Assembly: GCA_000165425.1 (NCBI GenBank) | Contig: CT867997.1 | Coordinates: 496,001-560,000, forward strand | Direction of reading: 5' to 3' | Length of the DNA stretch: 64,000 nt | Origin: Paramecium tetraurelia | Lineage: Eukaryota | Shown: piece after piece, positions 41,974 through 54,699 of the stretch | Position numbering within the stretch: position 1 is the first letter of the stretch | How the letters are laid out: every line of letters starts with the position of its first letter | Made by a program: the position numbers and the translations under genes | Notes under the pieces: generated by a model | Database searches by the model: none | What the model saw: the letters and a program-made list of their open reading frames with translations, nothing else | What the model was told of the DNA's origin: nothing

Positions 41974-42793
41974 ATGGATAGCAGAACCGAATTTGACGGA
42001 AGAATTCACTTTTTTGAATACTTTTCTCTTGAAAAATTTGAAGAGTACTTAATCATCCAATAATCATCATAGATCATTAAGAAATGCCTTGCAATATTCA
42101 ATAGGAATAATTACACAATAAGATCGATTTATATAATATTATCAATATTCAAAAGAAATCGCTTATCTGATTGAATTTTGTATTAATCTACCTTATGCCT
42201 TAAAGTATAATGCTTCTTACGCCGAATATTTTTATGGATTCTTTTTATCAGAATAAAAACAAAATAATAAAGTTAAAAGAGTTTTAACTTTGATGTTAAG
42301 GATTATGATTCCTTACGTTTTACAAAAACTACATGAATACTCAAACAACCCAAATTAAGATAGAAAAAAGAAAATTATATAATGGTTATACAGAGGATTT
42401 AAATTGATTGATATTTCAATGAAATTTTAGTACTTATTAAATGATGAACAAAAGAGCTATGCTGTTTTCTATTATTTCATAAGATAGGATCTAATCAGAT
42501 TCAAGATGGAATCCCCATACAAATATGGGATGCTATTTGTTTATTTGGGATTGAAATTTTTAGATTTCTATTTTTCCAAAAAGAATAATAATGTTTAATA
42601 AAAGAATTAGGTGATTCAAGCACCAAAATAAGTAGATGCTAAAAATGTACAGAAATACTGTCCTAAATGTAAAAGAATCCCATAGATTCCTAGTGTCTTA
42701 AAAACTACTGGATATGTTTATTGTTTAGAATGCTTACAATAAATGGTAATTAAGAATGAAATCACTAATCATCATATAATAAAATTATTTTGA
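41974..42793 (+). CDS. PEX12: Peroxin PEX12-like RING protein
   Basis: FFEYFSLEKFEESLRNALQY, YNASYAEYFYG, and C-terminal CPKC..SVLKTTGYVYCLEC. Intron near 42044-42071. Confidence 0.8.
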
Positions 42794-42794
42794 A

Positions 42795-44804
42795 TCATTA
42801 TTATAATGCAATTAACTCTATTTATGGTACAAATGATATTGTTGTTTTCTTGAATGAAACTTAGTATTTTTGATTTTGGATTAATTTCATAGCATTTACA
42901 GATGTCACAACGCATATCTAATGAAATGTTAATCAATAATAAATTACCATAACCAAATCCTTTGATTGATCTTGCATCTGCTAAGACACCATTTTATTGT
43001 CTTTTACTTGAGCAAAAAGCTATTGTGCCTCACTTAGAGAGGAACTGACAAATTTGAGGGTTTCTTAGAATGAACCGTAAGATTTCATCTTTTGGGTGTA
43101 TTCTTCAAATCTGATGGCTTTGATGTAATAACAAGCGTCAAAGATTTTCATTCTGTTAGAATATCGATGATCCATATCTTGGACTTTCTTAATGAACCCA
43201 TTTTCCATTAGGGTATAATATAACCTTGATAAACCCTGTTATTATAATAACATCTTACTCTAAAGAGACAATTCAATCCCTTCCAATATTAAATCTCAAA
43301 GTACATTTGATCAATCTATGGAGATACCTTGGGTTTCTTTTTGTTTTGGTTCTGTAATTATTCTCTTTATGAATTGGTCAATTGATTAACATAATTAGTT
43401 CGATTTCTGTCAAGAATGGTCGTCAAATACTCTAGATAAAAGTAAATGCCAGCATAATCTACATCCGAATAGAGTTCCAGATCAAATCCATATTGTAATT
43501 ATTGGATCATGGATTGTACAGCAATCTCATAACTGAAAATCATCAAAGGGTTTTTATTTTTGAAGATGTCTTGATCAATTTGATTGCTGTGATGAACGAG
43601 TATCGATAAATGAGAATAATTCTTATGAAAATCTCTGCTCTTTCTGAATTTCGATCTTAATTATTTAATTATGTATTCATAAGTAACAGGTACTAGGCAA
43701 TCTTGATATTCCTTGAACACATTTTGATATAATTGATCGAAGTTCTATGAAAACATTTTATTAAGGGTTCCGATGACGATATTAATCCACGGAGTTTAAT
43801 GGAAATAGAGGAATTAATCGTATTTAAATAGATTTTACTCTAGATAGGCTCTAATTAAAATATTCTTAGGATAATCATGAATCAAAGCACAAATTTTCTA
43901 TTAGATGCTAAAGTAATTGCGTTCTCCACTTAAATCAAGAACTGCTTCTAATTAAATTAGCATGGTACTAAAGTATTCATAAGGGTTTTCCATCTGAGGT
44001 ATTTTCCTCATGCTGATCATGGATTTGAGATGTTTAAGAATTGTCACGCTTTAATAGTTTGACATATCCTTCCCCATAGCCTTAGTTTACACTACAGCGT
44101 CAAATCTTTTTCTAATGAATTCGATGTGATCTGTTATTTATTTTTATGATTCCGCATTGAATGGTTATTAGAGAGATTGAACAATTAAACAAAAACCTTT
44201 TAGCAATTTAATTCTAGAGGAGAGCGCATCTGCTATAGTTAATTGCTTTGATTTCTTAACTTTGCCACTTAATTCGGTATCCAATGGATTTAAAGTAGTT
44301 GTCAATAACTCCTAAATAGTGGGTATTCTCTTGTTTCTGAAACTGAACACAGAGGGATTATAATCCTCTTCTCTGAGGAATGGAGCTTCCTTGATTATTT
44401 TGAAGATTTGGCTGCCTACTGTATTCAGTGTATCAAACAATGCTTTAACAAATGGATTATCCCATAAAGAATCATCATACTAATACACTAATGTGTAAAT
44501 GGTCTAAGCTAATGCATTTCCATTAAGCCAACATGTAATTTTCTGAATGACTAAATCAAAGAGTCCCACAAGCTACATAATCATTTTGAATATGGTTTAC
44601 TTCTTCATTAGTTAATTGTGATCCTGCCTTTATCTGCTGTGATTACAGTAATTTCTAAGGTGTATCAGCATCAGCCAATCCCAGTTTTACATCTATTTTC
44701 TTGTCAAATAATTCAGTTGCTGACATAGCCTCAAATAATGAAAATCCTTCTGCCAAAAGAATCTCTCCATTTTTGAGACTCCTAAGTTCTGCTGTAATAT
44801 CCAT
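42795..44804 (-). CDS. NAA35: NatC auxiliary subunit NAA35/MAK10
   Basis: MDITAELRSLKNGEILLAEGFSLFEAMSATELFDKKID, WLNGNALAQTIYTL, LREEDY, LGLMENG. Confidence 0.9.
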
Positions 44805-44830
44805 TAATTAAATTAATGTCTAAAAGTAAA

Positions 44831-45560
44831 ATGCAATTATACTAAGACTATGAATATGTACAACCCCAAGCGAATGTTAATTTAATCAACACTCACAAAT
44901 GCATTAAAGCAAAGAAGTAAAGGTTACATATATGTTAGAATACGAAAATTCAAAGTTCCCCAAATATCCAAAAATAATTAGATGACTCCAAATGGCTAAT
45001 TAATATGTTCATAAGAAACTACAACTAATTACTCATCAAAACCCTCTCAATACAGGAGAGAAACAATATTTTCTAAAAATAAGGAAAAATATCATTGTTT
45101 TCATGGATTTTATAATGTGAATCTTGGAGCTCTTTAGTAAAACGCGAATAAAGAATTATTGGATGTTGAGTCCCATTTTGTTGAGATGCAAAATAGTTCA
45201 CATAAATAGATATTCCTTCCATTGCCTCCAATTAAAGAAGTTGAAGAGTATGTGTTATACTAAGTATTTATATTAAAAGCAATAAGAGTAAACTTAAAGA
45301 AGTCAAGATAAATGAGTAACTGTATTCTTAAGACAATTTGGAATTGATTTTACTTAAAATTGACAAGTAACACAAAATTAAAATTGAGTACTATATCCAA
45401 ATAAGTTAGACCAAGCCTAATTGAAGGTTTTATTATAAATGACAAAATCTGGAAGGATCAACTTATAATTTACTTAGAATGTTATTCATTTGAAAGAATT
45501 TACGAACTGTAATTAGAATTTGAGGATTAATATGATTGCGAATAATTTCAATTATTTTGA
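44831..45560 (+). CDS. Hypothetical protein or pseudogene
   Basis: ATG at 44831 and coding-like segments, but I could not join the frames unambiguously. Confidence 0.3.
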
Positions 45561-45710
45561 ACAATTTAAAAACAAGCATTCTTTTTTGTATATTTAAAAT
45601 ATTATGTTTAAATTGAAATGTTAGAGAGATACACCTCTAAATCATCCTATTTTTAGAGAATTCTAGGATGAATCATTACAATATTTAATATATATATATA
45701 GTTATAGTTA

Positions 45711-45821
45711 TAGTCAGATAGTTTTAAGTCCATGCGTAACAAGAGTTTGGAGACCAGACTTGATTCCGCAATTGGATTTAATTCTCGCTCATCATTTGGT
45801 CAATCTGACCAGGGAAGGATC
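45711..45821 (-). ncRNA. SNORD13: U13/SNORD13 (snR45)-type box C/D snoRNA, predicted 18S rRNA ac4C guide
   Basis: Minus strand reads GATCCTTCC (45821-45813), box C ATGATGA (45795-45789), then CTTGTTACG (45743-45735) inside the stem AAGTCTG/TGGACTT, then box D CTGA (45717-45714). The two antisense elements pair with 18S 3'-end GGAAGGATC and CGTAACAAG. Confidence 0.85.
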
Positions 45822-45870
45822 GAGGAAAATAAATATATATTAATTGTTTAAATATTTATCACAAATCTCA

Positions 45871-45883
45871 AATTTTATGGGTT
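45871..45883 (-). promoter_or_regulatory. snRNA-type upstream sequence element (AACCCATAAAATT) of the SNORD13-like gene
   Basis: Identical 13-mer to the one upstream of U4, at the same distance (about -50 to -62) from the predicted 5' end. Confidence 0.75.
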
Positions 45884-45896
45884 ATTAAAATAAATA

Positions 45897-46530
45897 ATGA
45901 ATTTTTAAATCCTTGGACTTCTGTCATAATTGCCATCTAAGAAATATGTTAGGAAATTATTTGAATACGCTTATTTATTTAGAAACAAACTCAACTCATT
46001 TTAAGAATTTATGGAAACACCTGTGAGTGCTTCATTGCCTTAAGATTTATAAATGACTGAGAAATAAGCTCATACACTCATAATAGGGTTGGTAAAACTC
46101 TTAGAGAATGCAGAATTACTTCAATGGAATGAGTAAGCCATTTTGTAGCTATTTCCATCGACTTTTGATTAGCAATTAGCTAAATTGTTGACAGATTCTA
46201 TACTTTAAATCTCCGAATGTAAGTGCTTTCTAAACTCTTATTATAGTGTGCGATAAAATTACAAATAGAGAGATCTGTTAGGCAGATTCACTGATTGACA
46301 TTGATTGGAGAGTGGATATATAAATTTAGACGCATAATTAATAGAAGGTAAGGTTCTTTATAAATAATTAATAGGTTAATATGCCAGTCTTGTTTTTATA
46401 ATTGGAGACTCTGAATACTTAGAAAAATACAAAGGAGAATGTGACATTTCAGCTTAATTAAAATGAAGTTAATAATTTTCACAACAATTTGTGTAAAATA
46501 AAAGAATAATTATAAACTTTAGCTTAGTGA
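45897..46530 (+). CDS. COMMD9: COMM domain protein, COMMD9-like
   Basis: LFPSTFDQQLAKLL, LIDIDWRVDIQI, PVLFLQL, VTFQLNQNEVNNFHNNLCKIKEQL. Two introns. Confidence 0.8.
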
Positions 46531-46558
46531 TTATTATTTATATAAATTTAAAAATAAA

Positions 46559-47201
46559 ATGACAGAAAAAGTTAAAATTCTTATGTTGGGTGAAGGTGCT
46601 GTGGGCAAGTCATCCCTTTTAAGTCGTTATGTTGACGAAAAGTTTTCTGAAAATATATAGGCTACATTGGGAGTGGAGTATAGATAGAAAATTCTTATTT
46701 AAGGAGAAAGCTAAGTGACTGTTTAAGTTTGGGACACAGCAGGTAATTAAAATTCTAGAGGTTTAGGTTAAGAAAGATTCAGAGTTATTACTCCTATTTT
46801 TTATAGAAATGCTTAAGGGGTGTCTTTAGTTTATAGTGTTATTGATAAAAACTCATTTTAATAAGTTTAAACTTGGATTGATAATTTAAAAGAGCAAATT
46901 GATTGTGAATAAATCTCCATTGTTTTAGTTGCAAATAAGTGTGATATAGCATAAAGAGAAGTAACTACTTTGGAAGGGTAGCAATTAGCATAAAAAGTAC
47001 ATTGTTATTCTATTCTAGTATTAAATCAAATATTTTGAGTGCTCTGCAAGAACAGGGGCTTAAGTAAAGGAAATGTATACAGAATTAGTTTAATAAATCC
47101 TTGTTAGACGAGGATAAAATCAAAATTCTCAGAACGGAGAAAAAATTCCAAAAAATATCTAAATTGATGGAGGGGAAACATAACCACAAAAATGTTGTTG
47201 A
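46559..47201 (+). CDS. RAB: Rab GTPase
   Basis: GEGAVGKS, ATLGVEY, WDTAGQERF, NKCD, ECSAR, and C-terminal CC. Two introns. Confidence 0.96.
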
Positions 47202-47521
47202 TAAGTCTTATATAATAAATGATAGAATTTATTATCCAATTTAATTACCACATAAGTTATTTTTCAGTTCATTTGTTGAATTTTTATAGAGCCAAATTGC
47301 ATTATTAATATGATTATTCTTAAACAGTTAGAAATTTAATTACATACAAAAAGATCCAGCATTTAATAAAAATGGATTAATTTAAAATATTATGCTAATG
47401 AATCAAGGTATGGTTGTTTTAATTGATATTTATTCTTCAAATAATATATTATTATATATTTGCATATTATAGTTCTGATATTTATTTATAATAAAGCTTA
47501 TATTTAAACTATTATTTCATT

Positions 47522-48172
47522 TCACAAGTAAGGAAATTATAATAATTATGACATACTTCTGCTTACATCTGGTTACTTTTCTACTCTTAATGCATTTATC
47601 ATAGGTGACAAAGATCTTGAGTTTCTTGATTTGCTAGAGGCAAAGCTGAAAGTTACAGTACGCGAGCTTTTATTCTTATAGAAACTATTATAGGATGGAA
47701 TTTGTAATTTTGCGTGAGATTTGAGAATACTTTTTGGCTATTCGAATTTTTACAGTGAAACCTTTTTATTTCTTTTTTTTAATTAATTATGTTTCTGACC
47801 TCTAAGGATCACATCGTTGTTGTTTTAATGATGTTTAGACATCTATTGTTATTGATGATTCTGATGAATCTCATAGTTGTCATCTATATGACATAAAGAA
47901 GGGCATTAAATTAAGTTCAATCGATTAATTTCCTCAATTGTTGACCCTAGTTTAACCTTTCTTGTGCTCTGATTTCTATCTATATCAGGCTAGAAGTCCA
48001 AAATAAACTCACTTTTATAAAAGTCTTCTTCAAAAGTATCCAAGTTTTATGTCAAATTTTAAATACTAGGTACTAAAATCAATTTGTTAGGACAACTCAA
48101 GCGAGGATATCCAATTATTTTAATAATTTTTGCTCTCTAATCTTCTTATTTATGAATACAAATATTCCCCAT
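47522..48172 (-). CDS. Hypothetical N-acylated protein with SILK and RVxF-type motifs
   Basis: Intron-less frame MGNICIHKQ..KSILKSH..SSRTVTFSF..FPYL-TGA. Confidence 0.7.
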
Positions 48173-48638
48173 TAAAATTAATTTAATGCAATATCATAAA
48201 TAAAATGTAAATTTCCTTTATAGAGGTACGATAGATTTCCAGAAACTCAATCCGCAATATAACGATAATAATTTTATTAGTATTTCGATCAAAAACCAAT
48301 CTCAACATTTTCTGTTAAATAATAATATTGGAAATATAATTAAAATCACTGGGTTTTTAAATAAATTAATAAAGAAGTAAACAAGTTATATTAAGAATTT
48401 GATGATATTTGATTTAAAATTAAAAAATAGTTAATTCCCTTAATAATTTCTACAGTATCAATCACCTTCAACCCACCAATTTGTAACAATACGATTTGAT
48501 GAATTGTTGTCTATTTCAACATTGTTTTTAAAATTTCAGCTTAGAATTGATAAAATATGAAAAATAGATGACGTAAATTGAATAGTTAATAAAAATAAAT
48601 ATTAATAATATAATTAATATTTACATATAAATTACTTA

Positions 48639-50802
48639 ATGGAAGCGAAAAATAAAACTAAACCAAAATCTACTAAATAGAAAGCAAAACTATAGTAAAT
48701 AATGGCAATTAGTTTTGAAAATCTCTAGAAAAAGAGTAGTCCTTCTGACAATCAGAAACCAGTGATTTAAGAGGAACAAGAGGAATCAGCGCAATAGTTT
48801 TAGAAAATTTCGGAGGATGAATATTAAAATTAATTAGATGCTTATTATCAAGAATAAAACAAAAGATTTTCGTTTAGTTAGCCCATGCCTGATTTGTATT
48901 AAGTGTAATTGCAATAATAACAATAACAATATTAACAATTGTTGAATAAATAATAAGATGTTACTCCAGTGTCACCTAAGTATAAGCAATCCTAAAATCA
49001 AAATTAGTCTCAACAAGTTTATAGGTAATAATAGCAACAAGAATAGAATATCAATGAATCACATTTAACTAATATAACTTAGTAAAGTCCTGTGTTTATT
49101 CCGCAATTACCTATTAATTAAGTGTTCTAGTAATAATTGGATAGAAGTACTAAAAAATCAAGTCATCAGCATGAGGAGTTATTCTAAATTAACTCATAAT
49201 TGGATGATAGTCAAGACATACCATAAATGAAAAAGATGTCCATAAAATCTGAACATATTAAAAAATAATCAAGATAAAATAATTCTAATACAAATAATAT
49301 AAGTAACATTTTAGATAATTTTCTGAGTCATAGATAAAAAATAACTGATTAATCAGGACTCTATTAATCAGAATTATTTGAGTAACCTTAATTATAGCAT
49401 TTTGGTGGAGGTTAAAATGAGTAATCTGTAATTCAATAATAATCTCTTTTATAATCTATACATAATGATACAATGGAAATTGTTAAAGAACAGATATAAC
49501 AATGTCATTTCGATGATATTTATTAAAATGCAAGAAAAGACTCATCAATGTAGAAGTCTCTTGTGAATGACAAAGATGAAGAAGACTTAGATAACTTATT
49601 ATAAGATCTGTATGAATGCACAACTAAATAAATACCAAAGTAAGTTATTGAGTCAAATCCGAAATTAGTAAACTAATAAGCTTAGGAAGTAATGAGCAAT
49701 GTGTTTGAAAAGGTCCCTTAAGAAAAATAACCTTAAAATACTAAACCTGTTCCTTATTTGACAGGCAGTAAGATTATAAGTGAATAAAAAAATGACAATT
49801 CAAGTCCTGCTTATAAGAATAAATTATAAGATGAAGTTGCCAAATTTTCAACTCAGGAACAAAAGAAGGTTAGTATTGAAGATTATTTTAATTTGAAACA
49901 ACAATCATCATAAAACCAATAGAGCAACTAAACTGTTAAAACTCAATAAAATACAAACAATTAAGTATTTCATTATTAGTCTATACAAGACAAGTTGAAA
50001 AACTCAATATAAGTCAAAGAAGCTGAAATTTAAAATTAAAATTAATAGTAATCCTAAATGAGCTTCAATACTAAGCCTTTTTAAATAAGTTCTACTGATA
50101 GAAATTACAAAGCTAAACAAAGTTTTGGATATGAACTAACATTTCGACAACCCTAAAAAACATTTACTCACTATTTCACAATACCTTTTTAAATATTCCA
50201 AATTGATATAAGAACCAAATTTGAAGAGACTTTCAGAAATCAAAGTGTAAGCTGTTACTGATAACAATAAAAGTCATTTCATTTAATGTGAGTAATATGA
50301 TGCTAAATAATTTAAGGACTTATTAAAAGAAAAAGATTCTGAATTTTTTCAATTGTGTTCAACAAATTTTATACTATTTTAGCAGGGAGATGCCAATGAG
50401 AATAATTCTGCCTGGACAAAATGTTATATGCTATCTGAGAATTTAAAAAGTTATTTATTTTCTTTGGGATTTATTGTTGATAATGTAAATCTAGAAAATA
50501 TCTTAAAAGAAACTTATTTATATTAAGAAAAAAATAGCAAAGATAAATATTAATTAGACTTAGATGCAGCATACTTTAGCGTGTATCTATCATTTAAATT
50601 GATTTATCCTGATTGTGATAAATTAATGGAGGTTGTAAAGTTTTTCTCAGATTCAGAAACAAATTTAATTGAAGTATCAACAGCGAAACTAGTATTAAAT
50701 AAAATGATGGATGAAAAGTAGATTAATAATGTTTTTAAATGGCCAGACTCCTCTATCAAATATGATTAATTATTTAAAGTGTTAACTTTGTTACCTTATT
50801 GA
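48639..50802 (+). CDS. Q/N/S-rich low-complexity protein with a helical (possibly EF-hand-like) C-terminal domain
   Basis: Long ciliate-code frame from MEAKNKTKPK to VLTLLPY-TGA, with a probable intron near 50246-50273. Confidence 0.65.
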
Positions 50803-50887
50803 TAGTAGTATTATTATTATTAATCATATAAGATGATGATCAATTGAATTCATTTTATCATTAGAAACATATAAATATATAAAATTA

Positions 50888-52361
50888 ATGAAATTATTTG
50901 AGGGTCAAGAATAACCAAAGCTCAAATTGAAAATAAATAAGAAGTATGCAAAGAAGTTTTAGAAGAAAATTAATGGCTAGGATTGGAGAAATTCTAGATT
51001 AAGAAGAAAGAAGCGAAGTTTAGATTCCAGAAGAAGAAGAAAATGGAGATTTATTCAATGACAAAGCAACATAAAAGTTCATCGAAACTCTTGCCAAAAT
51101 AAAATATAAACATCCAGAAATTTATTGAAATAAAGAGATATTTTAAGAGGAAGATTTTGATGAGCCTGAAATCAGAGATGAAAAGCTAAAGAAGGTCACT
51201 TATACGAAACTCTAAGGTAGGGAGTCAAAGATGAATAAGAGGAATCAGAAGAAGAAGAAGAACCAAATATTGGCATGACTCCTAATGAAGAATAAATCTA
51301 ATTAAAAAAAAGGATTTATAGATGCAGAGAAGAATACTACTAATAAAAGAAGGACTTTTTAAAAGTTAAACAAAAGACAGTTTAAGAAATAGAGGATGAA
51401 AATAAAGAATTTGAAAAGCTATTAAAGAATAGAAGCCTGAAGATTAAGAAATATTATAAAGGTTTGGGGAAGGAAAGAGAATCGGATGAGATAGATAAAT
51501 TCCTAAGGAAATATATATTAACAAAAGATTGATTCATATAGATGATATTAATGAAATTATTGATTCATTTGAAGACGAAGAGAAATGGATGCCCAATCAT
51601 TTTAGATGGGACTGCCATGTTTGCGAAGATTATACACTTTGTCAGGATTGTAATCAATAACACTCTTAACATAAATTGAAAAGGCTTTAGTTCCTAAAAC
51701 TTGCAAGCCTCCTAAAACGGAGGAAGGTCAATAATTAATTAGCCCATATAAGTATTGTAGAGCATGCTAAATTAATACGACTTAAGAAAATGATTATTAT
51801 GAAAGTAAGTAGGATTATCTATGTGTGGATTGTTTTGAAAAGATAAAAATTAATAGAGATATGAGTTTGTAGAAGCAGAGATTTTAGACGCTAATAAATT
51901 ACTTGAAGGAAACCCTGAATGATTAAAAGAAAAACTGCCTTCTAATCTGAAGAATATCATTGATGAATACTATAGTTTAGACTTGAGAATGTCGTAGCAG
52001 GGGGAATCAAGACTAAATTTAAATATATCAATGTTGAAAAAATAAGATTTTGGATTGAAAAACGATGATTTGCTTTATGCAGATGTTAAATTATTGAATT
52101 AATATGTTTCAATAAGGAAATTGGCTCCATATCTATTAAGATGGGTCAATTAAATTAAGAAGAATAACGCTGAAAAACCATTCGCTTAAATTAGAAAAAG
52201 TACCAAAAGAAATACGAAATTAATTCTTAAAGGAATAGATCCAAGAGAGTTTTAAAAGCATAAATGAATCAAAATAACAAGTCTAATTAGAAGTGGAATA
52301 TGTAGTAGAAAATACACCCCTGTAGGTTAATTCGAAGTGACTTAAAACTTATGGAGTGTGA
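50888..52361 (+). pseudogene. KRI1: KRI1 (40S biogenesis factor) pseudogene containing ZZ-type zinc-finger remnants
   Basis: KRI1 motifs LKINKKYAKKF, DKFLRKYIL, IDEYYSLD..KFKYINV..DFGLKNDDLLYADVKLLNQYVSIRKLAPY and LKTYGV. In-frame TGA at 51126, 51920 and 52338, plus several frameshifts (e.g. about 51982 and 52040). Confidence 0.85.
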
Positions 52362-52674
52362 TTTTATATATTTGTGTTGTTAATAGTACTTAGAGTTCTA
52401 TTATTATTATTCACATTCTGATCATCATGGTAGTCAATTCGAGTTTAGGTTGTATAATTTAGTAAGATAGTATATAATGAATAATCACTTATAAATGAGT
52501 AAGATAATAGATTCATTTTTAAATTAGTATTCATAAAAAAAATGGTTTTTTTAAAATATTATATTCTCATGGTGTAGAAAGGGTTTCAAAATATTGAAGG
52601 ATGAATTTAATAGCATTATTGACTACCAAGACTACCTAAAGATCCTATTATTAAAAACACTATATAATGATTAT

Positions 52675-54032
<1,358 letters not shown>

Positions 54033-54195
54033 TTCTGGTATTACTAAAAATAAATATGATTAGCATTATTAAAATAGCTGACTATTTATATAATAATTTA
54101 TGAATCATAATTAAAATTGTTAAATTTTATAATAATCTTTAGATTTTAATAAAATGTGCAATTAAATCTTTTAATGAGTATAATTATATGAACTA

Positions 54196-54666
54196 TCAAA
54201 GGGAGCACTTGAATCTAATATCTCTATTGGGAATTTGATTGGTGGATTGGGATGTCCACTTCAAATAATTGAGTAATTCTTTATCCTCTTGTCGAATGAT
54301 ATTGCCAATGACTAGCCATTAGCTCTTTGGTCCATCGAACTCCTATTTGTTGAGAAATATAGTGTAGGTTTAATCAACTTCTCCAGATTCAATGTTCCTC
54401 TTCTATCCGATGGCTCCAAATTGAGTGTGTAACTGGTTGATTTCTGATTTCCACTTCTTATTCACAATTGGACTTGTAATTTCCATTTTTGATTCAGAAA
54501 TGTGACTCATTCTGAAATCTTAAATTTCTTATATATTGTGACAAGATTTTGGAGTTGAGTCACATTGCAATTAGAATGACAAGTAACCTTTTTCAATTCC
54601 GTCAACTTTCACATCGCAATATAAAATTTAAGCAACAACATAATTTAATAAGAACAGAATTATCAT
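54196..54666 (-). CDS. Divergent cyclophilin-fold protein with signal peptide (156 aa)
   Basis: MIILFLLNYVVAQILYCDVKVDGIEKGYLSFQLQCDSTPKSCHNI..EINQLHTQFGAIG..FDGPKSQWLVIGNII..IPNRDIRFKCSL follows the cyclophilin pattern along its whole length. Confidence 0.65.
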
Positions 54667-54699
54667 TTTTATTTAGAATAAATTTTATTTTGTCAGTTT

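Noticed and set aside
45735..45821. 18S rRNA fragment on the plus strand (CGTAACAAG, GGAAGGATC)
   Set aside because: Only two 9-nt matches, spaced differently from rRNA. The C and D boxes on the minus strand explain them as antisense guide elements.
50888..52361. In-frame TGAs in KRI1 as selenocysteine or read-through codons
   Set aside because: They come with frameshifts, at least one falls on a conserved Arg rather than a Cys, and I saw no SECIS. Pseudogenisation is the simpler explanation.
54055..54110. AT-rich imperfect inverted repeat upstream of the kinase
   Set aside because: Almost all pairs are A-T with bulges, which is expected by chance at this composition.
54261..54263. Apparent in-frame TGA read-through in a small minus-strand ORF
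   Set aside because: This was a frame misreading; the correct frame is the uninterrupted cyclophilin-like ORF 54196-54666.
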